46,776 nucleotides of DNA, taken from the NCBI GenBank assembly GCA_964236955.1, contig CAXSGP010000031.1, positions 1 to 46,776 of the forward strand, given 5' to 3'. Each line of letters begins with the position of its first letter. Position 1 is the stretch's first letter. Both the position numbers and the translations under genes were made by a program. The stretch is from an uncultured Oligoflexus sp. GTDB lineage: Bacteria > Bdellovibrionota_B > Oligoflexia > Oligoflexales > Oligoflexaceae. The notes under the pieces are model-generated. The model had not been told where the DNA came from. It saw nothing but the letters and a program-made list of their open reading frames with translations, and searched no databases. Below, piece after piece: positions 17,983 to 27,491 of the stretch.

Positions 17983-18249
17983 ATGGGTGTGCGGCTTGTG
18001 TACTGCCTGGCGGTCAGCGTGCTCTTGCTTGGGACGTTGCGCGGCGAAACCTCGATCTTTGACTATTTTAAACTCCGTAAGAGTCGAGACGTGCTGGAGT
18101 CGACGGTCGATAAGCTGAAGGCGAGCAACCTTGGACTCAGCGACGAGATCCGCAAGATCAAGGGTTCGCCGGATTATGCTCGCAAGGTGTTGCGCGATAA
18201 GTATCACGTGACCGACGGCAATGAAAAAATCATCTTTTTTGCTGACTAA
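17983..18249 (+). CDS. septum formation initiator FtsB/DivIC family
   Basis: One TM segment, G-x-x-S/G, leucine-zipper coiled coil, SPDYARKVLRDKYHV..GNEKIIFF tail. Confidence 0.8.
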   Translation: MGVRLVYCLAVSVLLLGTLRGETSIFDYFKLRKSRDVLESTVDKLKASNLGLSDEIRKIKGSPDYARKVLRDKYHVTDGNEKIIFFAD

Positions 18250-18263
18250 ACAAGGAATTTAAT

Positions 18264-19520
18264 ATGCGTAAGTTAGTCGTTGCGTTGTGTTTGGCAAGTG
18301 GGACCAGCGCCTGTGGAAGTTTTAATGTCAATGAATTGCTGGCCAGCAAAGTAGAGAAAGAAGCCATCGATTCTTTGGTGCAGGAGGCTCAGTATGAGTA
18401 TGACAAGGGTCGCTATGATAGCGCCCTCAACCTTACCAATAAAGCTCTGGCCATCAACCCGAACAGCGAATCACCAACTATATTAAAATCCTATGTCTTC
18501 CTCAGCAAATCGGGCCTGGATGCAATTAATATTTCGAAAAAAATGATCAAGGCCAACGAGAGCAGCAAAAAGCCGGCGACAACAACGACGACGCCACCTG
18601 TAACGACTGAGACAACGGTGAAATCTGGCGATACCACGACCGATAACTTCAACATCCTGAAGTCGGTCATGAATCTTTCCGATACTGACTTCGATCAGAT
18701 GGGCACCGGCAATACCATCGGCGATCCTCAACTCAAGATCTATATTCCCTTTTCCGCAACTCAAGCGCGCGAGGGCAGCAGCGAATCCCTTGCCTATTTA
18801 AATGAGGCCGTCGCCACTCTTTGTCCTTTGGTCCTGCCCAACGCCAACCCTGCCGACGATGTCGATCCTCGGCACGACTGCCCTAAAAATACGTTTGCGA
18901 GTGCCGCCAAAGGTCGATCTAACTTTGCCTGGTCGCTGGCTCACCTGGGGGAAGCGATCACTTTTTATTCAGTCCTTCTCTATGATAGCGATGGTGATGG
19001 CATCCCCAATCTCGAAGCGGCGATACCAAAAGAAAAACTCACGATTCAAAATGCCGACAAGTTTATCACCACAGTCAATGGCCTTAACCGCGCCCTCATT
19101 GCCATCTTTCCGACCGAGGAAGCCGCCGTTGCCGCCTCGATGCTTAACGCTCTCTTCGCCGATCTCAAGACGACCTCAACGGCCTTGTCGTCTATTCCAG
19201 GCGTGCCTACTGAGGTCAGCGACTCGATACAAAAATCGATTACCGAACTGGACGCAAAAATTGCCTCGATCACCAGCTCAACGGCTGGCGCTAATGCTGC
19301 AGGCGCGCAGAACGAGGCCTTAAAAAACAGCCTCACCACTGGCCTGGCCACAGCTCTCGAAAGCAAAATAGAATCATCGGAATTTACCAAATTGAATCCT
19401 GATGACCAGGTGAAAGCCTGCTGCGTCTATCGCTCTATGAACGCGAAGGCCGAGCGCCCGACCACCTGCGCATCGATCTTTTACAATGACCCGAGTTGCG
19501 CGACGGCATTGCCAAATTAG
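18264..19520 (+). CDS. TPR-containing lipoprotein
   Basis: Lipobox TSA-C at residue 17; TPR (AQYEYDKGRYDSALNLTNKALAINPNS); Thr-rich linker; DSDGDG loop. Confidence 0.75.
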   Translation: MRKLVVALCLASGTSACGSFNVNELLASKVEKEAIDSLVQEAQYEYDKGRYDSALNLTNKALAINPNSESPTILKSYVFLSKSGLDAINISKKMIKANESSKKPATTTTTPPVTTETTVKSGDTTTDNFNILKSVMNLSDTDFDQMGTGNTIGDPQLKIYIPFSATQAREGSSESLAYLNEAVATLCPLVLPNANPADDVDPRHDCPKNTFASAAKGRSNFAWSLAHLGEAITFYSVLLYDSDGDGIPNLEAAIPKEKLTIQNADKFITTVNGLNRALIAIFPTEEAAVAASMLNALFADLKTTSTALSSIPGVPTEVSDSIQKSITELDAKIASITSSTAGANAAGAQNEALKNSLTTGLATALESKIESSEFTKLNPDDQVKACCVYRSMNAKAERPTTCASIFYNDPSCATALPN

Positions 19521-19573
19521 GATCTCATGATGAACCCGGGGGCTTTGAGGCGATAGCCGCGCCTATAATAGCC

Positions 19574-19604
19574 AAAAAAAAGAGCCGCATCGGCTCTTTT
19601 TTTT
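19574..19604. terminator. bidirectional intrinsic terminator
   Basis: A8-GAGCCG-CAT-CGGCTC-T8 perfect hairpin between convergent lipoprotein and dksA genes. Confidence 0.9.
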
Positions 19605-19606
19605 CA

Positions 19607-20032
19607 CTAGATTTCGTCTTCGTCGCCCACACCCCGGCCAGATTTCTTCATGCGCTCCAGCTGTTCTTTAAACTTAACGCTGTGACGGCACCAAGGTCTT
19701 ACCTCGAGGCGGCGCTTCGGAATGGGCTCGCCCGTTCCCTCGCAGAAGCCATACTCGCCGCTCTTGATCTTTTCGAGAGCGTGCTCAATTTCCTGAAGAA
19801 GTTTACGGTCACGATCAAGCAACTTGAATGTTAAATTTTGCTCTGTAGTGGCAGAGGCCAAATCAACTTCATCAAGCATTTCGTTTTTATCGAGCTCGAT
19901 ATTGCCAGCCTTAACGAGTTGCGCTGACTTGTGCAGTAATTTATCTTTTTCTTCGAAGAGAAGCTCACGAAAGCGCTCGAGCTCTTCCCTCGTCAGGAAC
20001 TCATGATTGTCTAAGGGATCTTGACCGGCCAT
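19607..20032 (-). CDS. dksA: DksA/TraR family transcription factor
   Basis: Coiled-coil tip DEVDLA (DxxDxA), DRDRKLLQEIEHALEKI, GEYGFCEGTGEPIPKRRLEVRP. Confidence 0.92.
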   Translation of the reverse strand: MAGQDPLDNHEFLTREELERFRELLFEEKDKLLHKSAQLVKAGNIELDKNEMLDEVDLASATTEQNLTFKLLDRDRKLLQEIEHALEKIKSGEYGFCEGTGEPIPKRRLEVRPWCRHSVKFKEQLERMKKSGRGVGDEDEI

Positions 20033-20133
20033 TAACGTCGTCCTTTATGGCATTTCAGTAAAGACATAGGGTGATCTGCAGAGTCATTTCGTAATTCCAG
20101 ATACTAATTTCTTTAGCTCAGAAATTCAAGCTA

Positions 20134-22836
20134 TTAGCATAAAGGCTGCAGCTCACTGAATAGACCCTGTTGGTCCCTCTGCTCCAGAGTCGTTTTTAGT
20201 TCATCCAAAATCGCCAAAGCCTGAAGTGGAGTGGTTTTTAACACATTCACACGGTCAAGTCGCTCCACAATTATCCGTATGGCAGGAACAATCAAAGCCG
20301 TATGGTTGGGATTTTGCTGCTCAAAACTTGCTTCCATAGGTGGTTTTGGCGAATTTTTTTTCCTGCTCGTCTCACCCACTGGACCGCCCCGCAGCGGCTG
20401 GGCATGCTGAGCCATATGGGCTTTGGCTGCCTGGATAACACGATCGGGAATACCTGCTAACTTTGCAACCTCAATGCCAAACGAGCTTCCACTCGCTCCC
20501 GGCACCAGTCGATGGGTAAAGTTAAAAAGCTGTTTGGATTCCAGCACCTCGACTTTGGCCAGGCGGACGGTCGGTAGCTTGGTCGAAAACGCCACCAGTT
20601 CATGATAGTGAGTGGCAAAAAGGGTATAGGATTTGAGCTGCAGGGCGATATACTCGAGGATGGCCGAGGCAATCGCCAGGCCATCTTCCGTCGAAGTCCC
20701 GCGCCCCACTTCATCCAAAATGACAAGACTTTTGGCAGTGGCCTGCCGCAGTATCGTCGCCGCCTCAGACATTTCCACCATGAACGTCGACTGGCCACGG
20801 GACAGATCATCGGCAGCACCGACGCGGGTAAAGATTCGATCAAAGATCGGCATCAGGGCCTCGCGCGCAGGCACATAACTGCCGATCTGATGCATAATGG
20901 CAGCAATTGCCGTCTGCCGCATCACCGTTGATTTCCCGGCCATGTTCGGCCCGGTAATAAGCATCTGTGAGGCACCGCGATCGAGTTCCAGATCATTGGG
21001 CATAAACGCATGCTTGCCGACCCAGCGTTCCACCACGGGGTGGCGGCAGGCGAGAAGCTGGAGCTGCCCGTCGGCAGCGACACGAGGTCGTACATAATTA
21101 TCGTGGGCCGCCTTCGAAGCAAAACTTTGCATCAGATCCAGCATCGCAAGTTCAGCGGCCACGCGTCGCAAAATTTCCTGATGAGGCATAACCTTCAGCA
21201 GCAGATCTTGAAAAAGAAGCCGTTCGCGCGCTTGGGCATTTTCACTAGCTGAGCCTAATAGCTGGTCAAGCTCTTCGAGTTCCACCGTGAGAAAACGCTC
21301 GTTATTCACCATCGTCTGCCGGCGGATAAAGTGCGGCGGCACCTTGGACAGATTAGGTTTAGTGACTTCGATCAGCAGCCCGTAGGTCTTATGCTCCCGA
21401 ATCTTCAAACTTGAAATACCGGTCGAGGCCCGAAGCCCCTGCTCGTAAGCGGCAATCTGATCGGCGCCATCGCGCGATAAAAGGCAGAGCTGATCGAGTT
21501 CGCTGTCATAACCCTCTTGAAAAACCTCCAGACTGCCAAGCGCACCCGGCTGCTCGGCAAGCGTTGCCTGCAGGATCTCATAAGCCGCTCGCGCTTCGAG
21601 GAGATTTCTGCTGACGGCCTTCAAGAGGGAGGACTTGGGCTGCATCGCCTCAAGAAAATCGCGAAGACCAAGGCTGATCGCCAAACTTTGCCGCATACTA
21701 TGCAAATCCCCGGCTTGCGCTTTGCCGGATAGCACCCGCGTCGTCAAGCGATCGAGGTCGGCGCAGGCCTTGAGCCGAACCTTGAGTTCGCCCAACCATT
21801 CCGAGGGCTGATCGAGGATCTCCGCGACAGCTTCCTGGCGCTCGAGGATAGGCGCGGCGTTGAGAAAGGGCCGGGCCAGATCATGGCGCAAAAGGCGGCC
21901 GCCCATGGGGGTTCGCGTATGGTTTAGCTCACGAAAAAGACTGCCTTCCGAATCGCGCCGGCGCAAGGTCTCAAAGAGTTCAAGATCGCGCCGGACCGTC
22001 TCATCAAGCACCATACGATCGGCATCATGCAGAGCACGCACCGAAAGAAACTGGGAGACACTGGCCTTAAGGGCCTGCAGATACTGAAAGCTCGCCGCCA
22101 GCAGCTCCAGGCCGCCCGTTACTAAACCGCAGGGTAAAGCTTCGATGCCGGTCACCGCAAACTGATTGCCCAAAAATTTTTGCTGCTCCTCCTGATCGCG
22201 CAGGATGGCTTCCGGCAAGCAGGCAAGGCTCATTTTATCAACGATGCGGCGCGACATCTCCCGCAATTCATCATGCATGAATTTTCGGGCCAGGATTTCT
22301 TTGGGCTGATAAATATTCAGCCAGCCATCCAGCTCTTCGCGCTTTATATTGCCTAGTTTTAATTCACCCGTAGAAATATCGATGACGAGCAGCGCCCAGT
22401 GTTTGTTTTTCGGCTCCTCGTAGACGGCAAGAAGATGGTTGGGCCGATCGGCTTCCAGAGCTTCCGGGTCATCGATGCAACCGGGGGTCAAGATCTGAAC
22501 GATCTCTCGTTTCACCAGACCCTTGACTGTGGCTGGGTCTTCCACCTGGTCCGCTATGGCGACACTGTATCCCAGCTTTAGCAGGCGCAGCCAATAGCCT
22601 CGAGCGCTATGGTGCGGCACCCCACAGAAGGGAATGCGGTTCTTGTCGCCCCGCTCGCGACTTGTCATCATCAGGTCGAGGAGGGGCGCCACTTCCTCGG
22701 CATCGTCACCAAAGATTTCGTAAAAATCACCCATGCGAAAGAATAGTATCGCCTCGGGCGCCTTAGCCTTCAAATCATAAAACTGGCGAAGCATAGGCGT
22801 AAGCTGCTGAAGCTCTTCGGCGGTATGCAGTGTCAT
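20134..22836 (-). CDS. mutS: DNA mismatch repair protein MutS
   Basis: LTPMLRQF, FRMGDFYE, TGPNMAGKST, STFMVEM, DEVGRGTST, FATHYHEL, SFGIEVAKLAG. Confidence 0.98.
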   Translation of the reverse strand: MTLHTAEELQQLTPMLRQFYDLKAKAPEAILFFRMGDFYEIFGDDAEEVAPLLDLMMTSRERGDKNRIPFCGVPHHSARGYWLRLLKLGYSVAIADQVEDPATVKGLVKREIVQILTPGCIDDPEALEADRPNHLLAVYEEPKNKHWALLVIDISTGELKLGNIKREELDGWLNIYQPKEILARKFMHDELREMSRRIVDKMSLACLPEAILRDQEEQQKFLGNQFAVTGIEALPCGLVTGGLELLAASFQYLQALKASVSQFLSVRALHDADRMVLDETVRRDLELFETLRRRDSEGSLFRELNHTRTPMGGRLLRHDLARPFLNAAPILERQEAVAEILDQPSEWLGELKVRLKACADLDRLTTRVLSGKAQAGDLHSMRQSLAISLGLRDFLEAMQPKSSLLKAVSRNLLEARAAYEILQATLAEQPGALGSLEVFQEGYDSELDQLCLLSRDGADQIAAYEQGLRASTGISSLKIREHKTYGLLIEVTKPNLSKVPPHFIRRQTMVNNERFLTVELEELDQLLGSASENAQARERLLFQDLLLKVMPHQEILRRVAAELAMLDLMQSFASKAAHDNYVRPRVAADGQLQLLACRHPVVERWVGKHAFMPNDLELDRGASQMLITGPNMAGKSTVMRQTAIAAIMHQIGSYVPAREALMPIFDRIFTRVGAADDLSRGQSTFMVEMSEAATILRQATAKSLVILDEVGRGTSTEDGLAIASAILEYIALQLKSYTLFATHYHELVAFSTKLPTVRLAKVEVLESKQLFNFTHRLVPGASGSSFGIEVAKLAGIPDRVIQAAKAHMAQHAQPLRGGPVGETSRKKNSPKPPMEASFEQQNPNHTALIVPAIRIIVERLDRVNVLKTTPLQALAILDELKTTLEQRDQQGLFSELQPLC

Positions 22837-23555
22837 AACTTCTCCCCAGCGGAGCGAATCGTACCATCCGTTTTGTGATACGCAGAGGCTAGTGTTAAAA
22901 ACCGAAATCTATTATTCCTAGAGCCTCTGGCAAGGGCTGTCAACGTCTTCGCGCTGGTCACGATATCATCAATTAAAAGAACCTGCCGCCTGCTCTTGTT
23001 CGATAAATCGGCCGGCGGCTCAGGAGAGGGGAAATCCTTCAAAACATCTTCAGGACTTAAATGGGCTGCGCTTTTGCCCAAGGCCGCCAGCCGCTCATTT
23101 CGCGTCAAAAAAGACTGCTTTTTAAAGCGAAAATATTGGAGGCGTGGCGCTTTGATCAGCGGTAAACCAAGCCTTTGGCTAAGGCCCTCGGCAAGGGCAA
23201 AGGCCAGGTCATGCTTACCATGCCAGCGCCCCCAAAAGCTTGATGGAACCGGCATCACACAGTCACAGTCCCGAGCCCAGAAAACGACGCCTGGATCCGA
23301 GCAAAAAATCTCGACCAAGGCCATTCCACTTTGCCAGGTCCCCTTGATCTTAAAATCGAGGAGAAGCTTGCGCAGCAGACCTCGATAGGCGTAGACCGAG
23401 GCCAGGGGAAAGCCTTCCACCCATACGTTAGCAATCTCCTCATCCGTCGGCAGGCGGCACTGTGCCTCCAGTTTAAGGCGCAGATCCCGGCAAGCTCGCG
23501 TCCAGTTACTTTCAGAGGCAATGATCGTCATGAAAAGCCTTCCCAAGCCCAGCAT
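22833..23555 (-). CDS. ComF-family (phosphoribosyltransferase-like) protein
   Basis: YAYRGLLRKLLLDFK, MPVP, KQSFLTRNER, VLLIDDIVTS PRPP loop. Confidence 0.75.
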   Translation of the reverse strand: MLGLGRLFMTIIASESNWTRACRDLRLKLEAQCRLPTDEEIANVWVEGFPLASVYAYRGLLRKLLLDFKIKGTWQSGMALVEIFCSDPGVVFWARDCDCVMPVPSSFWGRWHGKHDLAFALAEGLSQRLGLPLIKAPRLQYFRFKKQSFLTRNERLAALGKSAAHLSPEDVLKDFPSPEPPADLSNKSRRQVLLIDDIVTSAKTLTALARGSRNNRFRFLTLASAYHKTDGTIRSAGEKL

Positions 23556-23588
23556 GATGAAAATCCTGACTTTAAACCAGAGACATCT

Positions 23589-24065
23589 TCACACGTGATG
23601 GTAAGGGGTGCGGCGAATGATGGTACTGGCCCGATAGAGCTGTTCCCAAAGCATGACCCAAGCCAGATCACTCGGAAAAACGCCTTGGGAAAGACTCAGC
23701 ACAAGATCAGCCTGCTGGCGCACATCGTCGTTCAGTCCATAAGGACCACCGACGACAAAGGTCAGTTGCTTGACAAAACTTGAGTCTATTTTTTCTTGAA
23801 TCCAGGTGGCCAGCGCGGGGGAGCTCAGCTCTTTGCCACGTTCGTCCAGAGCCACGATGAGATGCTGGGGGTCAAGCCTTTGTCCTGTGGCACTCCAGCC
23901 CAGCCTGGAAAAAATTTCCTGCCCGGCTCGCTCCTGAGAGGCATGGGCCTTAAGTATATGTTCGTCGATTTTCCAAACAGTCCGAAGCCGCTTAAAGTAC
24001 ATCTCACTCAGCTCGCTATAGGCTGAGTGAGCGGGACGACCAATCTTTAAGACCTGCATCTTCAA
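23589..24065 (-). CDS. rlmH: 23S rRNA pseudouridine-1915 N3-methyltransferase RlmH
   Basis: LDERGKELSS, FVVGGPYG, LSLS, EQLYRA, PYH; next to rsfS. Confidence 0.95.
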   Translation of the reverse strand: MKMQVLKIGRPAHSAYSELSEMYFKRLRTVWKIDEHILKAHASQERAGQEIFSRLGWSATGQRLDPQHLIVALDERGKELSSPALATWIQEKIDSSFVKQLTFVVGGPYGLNDDVRQQADLVLSLSQGVFPSDLAWVMLWEQLYRASTIIRRTPYHHV

Positions 24066-24427
24066 GGCGAAGGACTCGCAGTTTCAGAGTAGGTCGTGGT
24101 TACGGCCTCAGGCCAAAGGCGTTCCATGGCGTAATAATCACGGATCGAATCGAGAAAGATGTGCACCAGCACCCCATCATAATCCATCAGGATCCAGTGG
24201 CCGGTTTGCTTGCCTTCCACTGCAAAAGGACGGCCGATTTTCTTCTCGCGCAGCGTGTCTTCGATATGAGTCGCGATTGCCTGAGTCTGACGTTCGTTGG
24301 AGCCGGACAAAACGATTTGATAATCGCAAAGTCCCGACTTGCCTTCAAGGTTTTGGGCAACGATACGCGTAGCCTTTTTTTCAGCCGCGACCTCAGCAAT
24401 AACTTTAACTAAATCTTGAGATTTCAT
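24062..24427 (-). CDS. rsfS: ribosome silencing factor RsfS
   Basis: KKA, DY, SGSNERQ, VEG, WILMDY, VHIF, RDYYAMERLW. Confidence 0.95.
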   Translation of the reverse strand: MKSQDLVKVIAEVAAEKKATRIVAQNLEGKSGLCDYQIVLSGSNERQTQAIATHIEDTLREKKIGRPFAVEGKQTGHWILMDYDGVLVHIFLDSIRDYYAMERLWPEAVTTTYSETASPSP

Positions 24428-25114
24428 TTATGCCTCACTCTCGTCATACAGCTTGTGCTGTCTGATATAATCGGTAACTTTTGGGTCTAGCCACGCTTCG
24501 TTTTGAGCCTGGTCAATCGAGGTCCGAACCACGCGGCTGGCAGCTTCCGATACCGCTCCTAGCAGCACATAAAGGCATTTACCATGCGAACCCAAGCGAT
24601 AGACGTTGGCTCCCAAATCCTGCAAACTGCCCAAAGTTTCGGCCAGCTTCGGCAGAATCTTGGTGAGTGTTTCGAAGGCCGGTCTTTCGACTGCAAGCAC
24701 ATTATACTTTTCCACCAATTCCTCAGCCTTTTGCCAGTTGCCCAAGGTCTGCAATTGGTCAAAGCCTAAGAGTATGCCCCATTCCGTTTCCGGATGAGCG
24801 GCGGTCAAGGCCTCCATCGTTCGCCAGGTGTAGTTTGGAGCGGCCAGCTGCTGTTCCACCGTGGATAGGGTCAAGCGACCGCACGCGATCAAATCGGCAA
24901 ATCCAAGGCGGCACATCTCAAGTCTTTGCTGATAACTGGCTTTGGGCGCTTTGTGCTGCCCAAAAACGCCGGCCGGATGGGCCCCGGGCACAACCACGAT
25001 CTCAAGATCGGGGAAAGCTTCCAAACAGCGCTTGGCGACCAGTCGATGACCTTCGTGCGGCGGATCAAATGTTCCTCCGAAAAACACATGGGTCATCTTG
25101 GTATTAAAGACCAA
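24428..25114 (-). CDS. nadD: nicotinate-nucleotide adenylyltransferase
   Basis: GGTFDPPHEGH, NYT, LLGFD, YIRQHKLY; obgE-nadD-rsfS synteny. Confidence 0.9.
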   Translation of the reverse strand: MVFNTKMTHVFFGGTFDPPHEGHRLVAKRCLEAFPDLEIVVVPGAHPAGVFGQHKAPKASYQQRLEMCRLGFADLIACGRLTLSTVEQQLAAPNYTWRTMEALTAAHPETEWGILLGFDQLQTLGNWQKAEELVEKYNVLAVERPAFETLTKILPKLAETLGSLQDLGANVYRLGSHGKCLYVLLGAVSEAASRVVRTSIDQAQNEAWLDPKVTDYIRQHKLYDESEA

Positions 25115-26222
25115 ACTGGGCGTCCTCGTCGGCTCTCGTCATCCAGATGTAGGAGTCTTCCTCTTTCGGAGCGACGACTTTAATGTCTTCAATATCGATC
25201 TTATGCTTTTCTTCTTGAATCAATTCGTAGACCCGGCGTTTTAAAGCCGGGATTCCGCGACCGACCACCGATGAAACACATATCGTTTCGAGGCCAAGCT
25301 CTTTAAACGGTTGCTCTATCGTCGACCAATCAAAGCCTTCCGGCGCAAGATCAGATTTCGAGAGGATAATGATACGCTTCTTTTTATGCATTTTTTCACT
25401 GAAATTGAACAGTTCCCGTTCGAGAACCTTAAAAGCCTCTATCGGTTGCAATTCATCGAAAGGAAAAGCGTCGAGAATAAAGGCGATGACTTTGGTGCGC
25501 TCCAGATGGCGCAAAAATTCATGACCCAAACCCTTGCCTTCGCTCGCGCCCTCGATCAATCCGGGGATATCGGCTGCCACAAAGCTGGCGTTTTCCCAAG
25601 AATTGGAGCCGGGAACTTCAACGACTCCCAGCTGCGGAGTCAAAGTGGTAAAAGGATAATCGGCGATCTTTGGTGTTGCCGAAGAGATGACGCTAAGGAG
25701 AGTGGATTTGCCGGCATTGGGGAAGCCCGCAAAACCAATATCGGCAATCAACTTCAGTTCGAGGTGAAGTTTGATCTCGGTCCCGGGCGTGCCATCGGTC
25801 GACTCTTCCGCCGCCTGATGGCTTGAACTTAAAAAGCGCATGTTCCCAAGGCCCCGCACGCCGCCCTCCGCCAGACAAATCTTCTGACCATCTTCTAAAA
25901 TTTCAGCCACCCTACGACCCGTCTCGCGGTCATAGGCAATTGTTCCCACAGGGACGGGGATCAACAGATCTTTGCCATTTGCCCCCGTGCAATTGTTGGT
26001 TCCGCCTTTAGCACCATTTTCCGCGGCATACATACGGCGATAGTAAAGCGAACTCAGGCTGTTGAGCTGAGCGTTGCCGAGCAGATAAATTCCCCCTCCG
26101 AAACCGCCATCACCACCGTCCAGACCAGCTTTTGGCTGATATTTGGCCGCGCGAAAACTCACGAGACCATGGCCACCGTCGCCGGAACGAACGTCAATTT
26201 CTGTTTGATCGATAAATTTCAT
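25104..26222 (-). CDS. obgE: GTPase ObgE/CgtA
   Basis: FIDQ, Gly-rich Obg fold, GFPNAGKST, ADYPFTTL, DIPGLIEGA, GLGHEFLRH. Confidence 0.98.
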   Translation of the reverse strand: MKFIDQTEIDVRSGDGGHGLVSFRAAKYQPKAGLDGGDGGFGGGIYLLGNAQLNSLSSLYYRRMYAAENGAKGGTNNCTGANGKDLLIPVPVGTIAYDRETGRRVAEILEDGQKICLAEGGVRGLGNMRFLSSSHQAAEESTDGTPGTEIKLHLELKLIADIGFAGFPNAGKSTLLSVISSATPKIADYPFTTLTPQLGVVEVPGSNSWENASFVAADIPGLIEGASEGKGLGHEFLRHLERTKVIAFILDAFPFDELQPIEAFKVLERELFNFSEKMHKKKRIIILSKSDLAPEGFDWSTIEQPFKELGLETICVSSVVGRGIPALKRRVYELIQEEKHKIDIEDIKVVAPKEEDSYIWMTRADEDAQFGL

Positions 26223-26457
26223 GCTTAATGCCTCGGAAAACCAAATATAAATCTTTTGCCAAAAACACGCGGGTTTTTGCAGAGAACAGGCTCAGCAGGT
26301 GCAAGGAAGAGAGGAGGGGAGACGGGCGAGCGAAGACGCTTGCTAAGCGAAAACGAAGAGCAAAATGCTAGAGGATCGCGAAATGTAAGAAGACAGACGC
26401 CACCCCGCTCGATCCCCCACAGCGAGTGAGCGGAGCCAAGCGGCGTGAGACCAGACT

Positions 26458-26709
26458 TCAAACAGGTACGATGGCAACGCTTTTGCGCTTAGTGTGGGTG
26501 CTATATTCCACTTTGCCGTCAACCAATGCAAACAGGGTATAATCTTTACCTGTTCCCACGTTCTTACCCGCATGAAAAGAGCTACCGACTTGACGGACAA
26601 TAATACTGCCTGCCGTAACGGTTTCTCCGCCATAAACTTTTACACCGCGATATTGAGGATTGGAATCGCGGCCGTTCTTTGTACTACCACCAGCTTTTTT
26701 AGTAGCCAT
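26458..26709 (-). CDS. rpmA: 50S ribosomal protein L27
   Basis: [24 protein letters not shown]...IIVRQ...DYTLFAL. Confidence 0.99.
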   Translation of the reverse strand: MATKKAGGSTKNGRDSNPQYRGVKVYGGETVTAGSIIVRQVGSSFHAGKNVGTGKDYTLFALVDGKVEYSTHTKRKSVAIVPV

Positions 26710-26751
26710 GCTTCAATTACCCCTTTAGACATCCTGATAAACGCCAAGCGC

Positions 26752-27063
26752 TTAGAGTTTGATGCTGCTGATTTCGATTGTCGTGACAGGCTGCTTGTGG
26801 CCGCGTGTACGCTTGTAATCTTTACGACGTTTGAATTTGAAAACGAGGACTTTGTCGTTGAAGCCTTGCTTCTTAACAACACCTTCGACAGTTGCGCCAG
26901 CAACAAAGGGAGCACCGACTGTTGTCTTATCGCCACCAACGAGCATAACGTTGGAAAAGCTAACGACGTCGCCTTCGTTTTTACCTTCGATATAGTCAAT
27001 AGTGAGAGAATCACCCTCGGCTACTCGGTACTGATGGCCGCCAGCTTGAAATACGGCAAACAT
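26752..27063 (-). CDS. rplU: 50S ribosomal protein L21
   Basis: MFAVFQAGGHQYRV...FKFKRRKDYKRTRGHKQ. Confidence 0.99.
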   Translation of the reverse strand: MFAVFQAGGHQYRVAEGDSLTIDYIEGKNEGDVVSFSNVMLVGGDKTTVGAPFVAGATVEGVVKKQGFNDKVLVFKFKRRKDYKRTRGHKQPVTTIEISSIKL

Positions 27064-27126
27064 AAAAACTCCCCATAACAGATCTTCCGAGTCAGATTGC
27101 GCCCCGAAAGAGCCTTAACTCTGTGA

Positions 27127-27155
27127 ATTATACCTAAGGCATAATTGTCTCTTAA
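27127..27155 (-). promoter_or_regulatory. sigma70-type promoter for rplU-rpmA-obgE
   Basis: Minus strand TTAAGA-N17-TATAAT, about 64 nt upstream of the rplU ATG. Confidence 0.5.
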
Positions 27156-27420
27156 CTTATTCAGTCTAGAGAGCGTCACATAATCTTAAATCAGGCCATG
27201 ACTGTCAATAGAAATCGCCTTCAAAACTGCTACGAAACGGAGGTTCACGTTGATTAGATGACGTAGAACCCACTCCGGGGGGGAACTTACCTTCAAAAAC
27301 ACCGCAGTTCGAGAACTTTCGATGGGGAGCCAGGCAAGAAATGTTGCGCCAATGGCTGTATTTGCCCGGCTCAGCCTCTTCTGCAAAGGCTAAAGAACTG
27401 CAATTATTATTGTAGTGAAA

Positions 27421-27436
27421 TGGCATAGGGAATGCT
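27421..27436 (+). promoter_or_regulatory. sigma54 (RpoN) -24/-12 promoter for fliK-flgD
   Basis: TGGCATAGGGAATGCT: GG-N10-GC in TGGCA...TGC context, 55 nt before fliK. Confidence 0.65.
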
Positions 27437-27491
27437 TGCTAAGGCAGAGGTCGCGATATTTCTTCGGCTCATCATAAGGAAACTTTAGGCT

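Noticed and set aside
26225..26461. 78-aa ORF spanning the rpmA-obgE gap exactly
   Set aside because: TTG start, no recognisable family, and composition reflects the pyrimidine tract; not excluded without ribosome profiling
27186..27426. Small ORFs in the rplU-fliK divergent spacer
   Set aside because: No recognisable features; the region is better explained as promoter and sigma54 enhancer DNA
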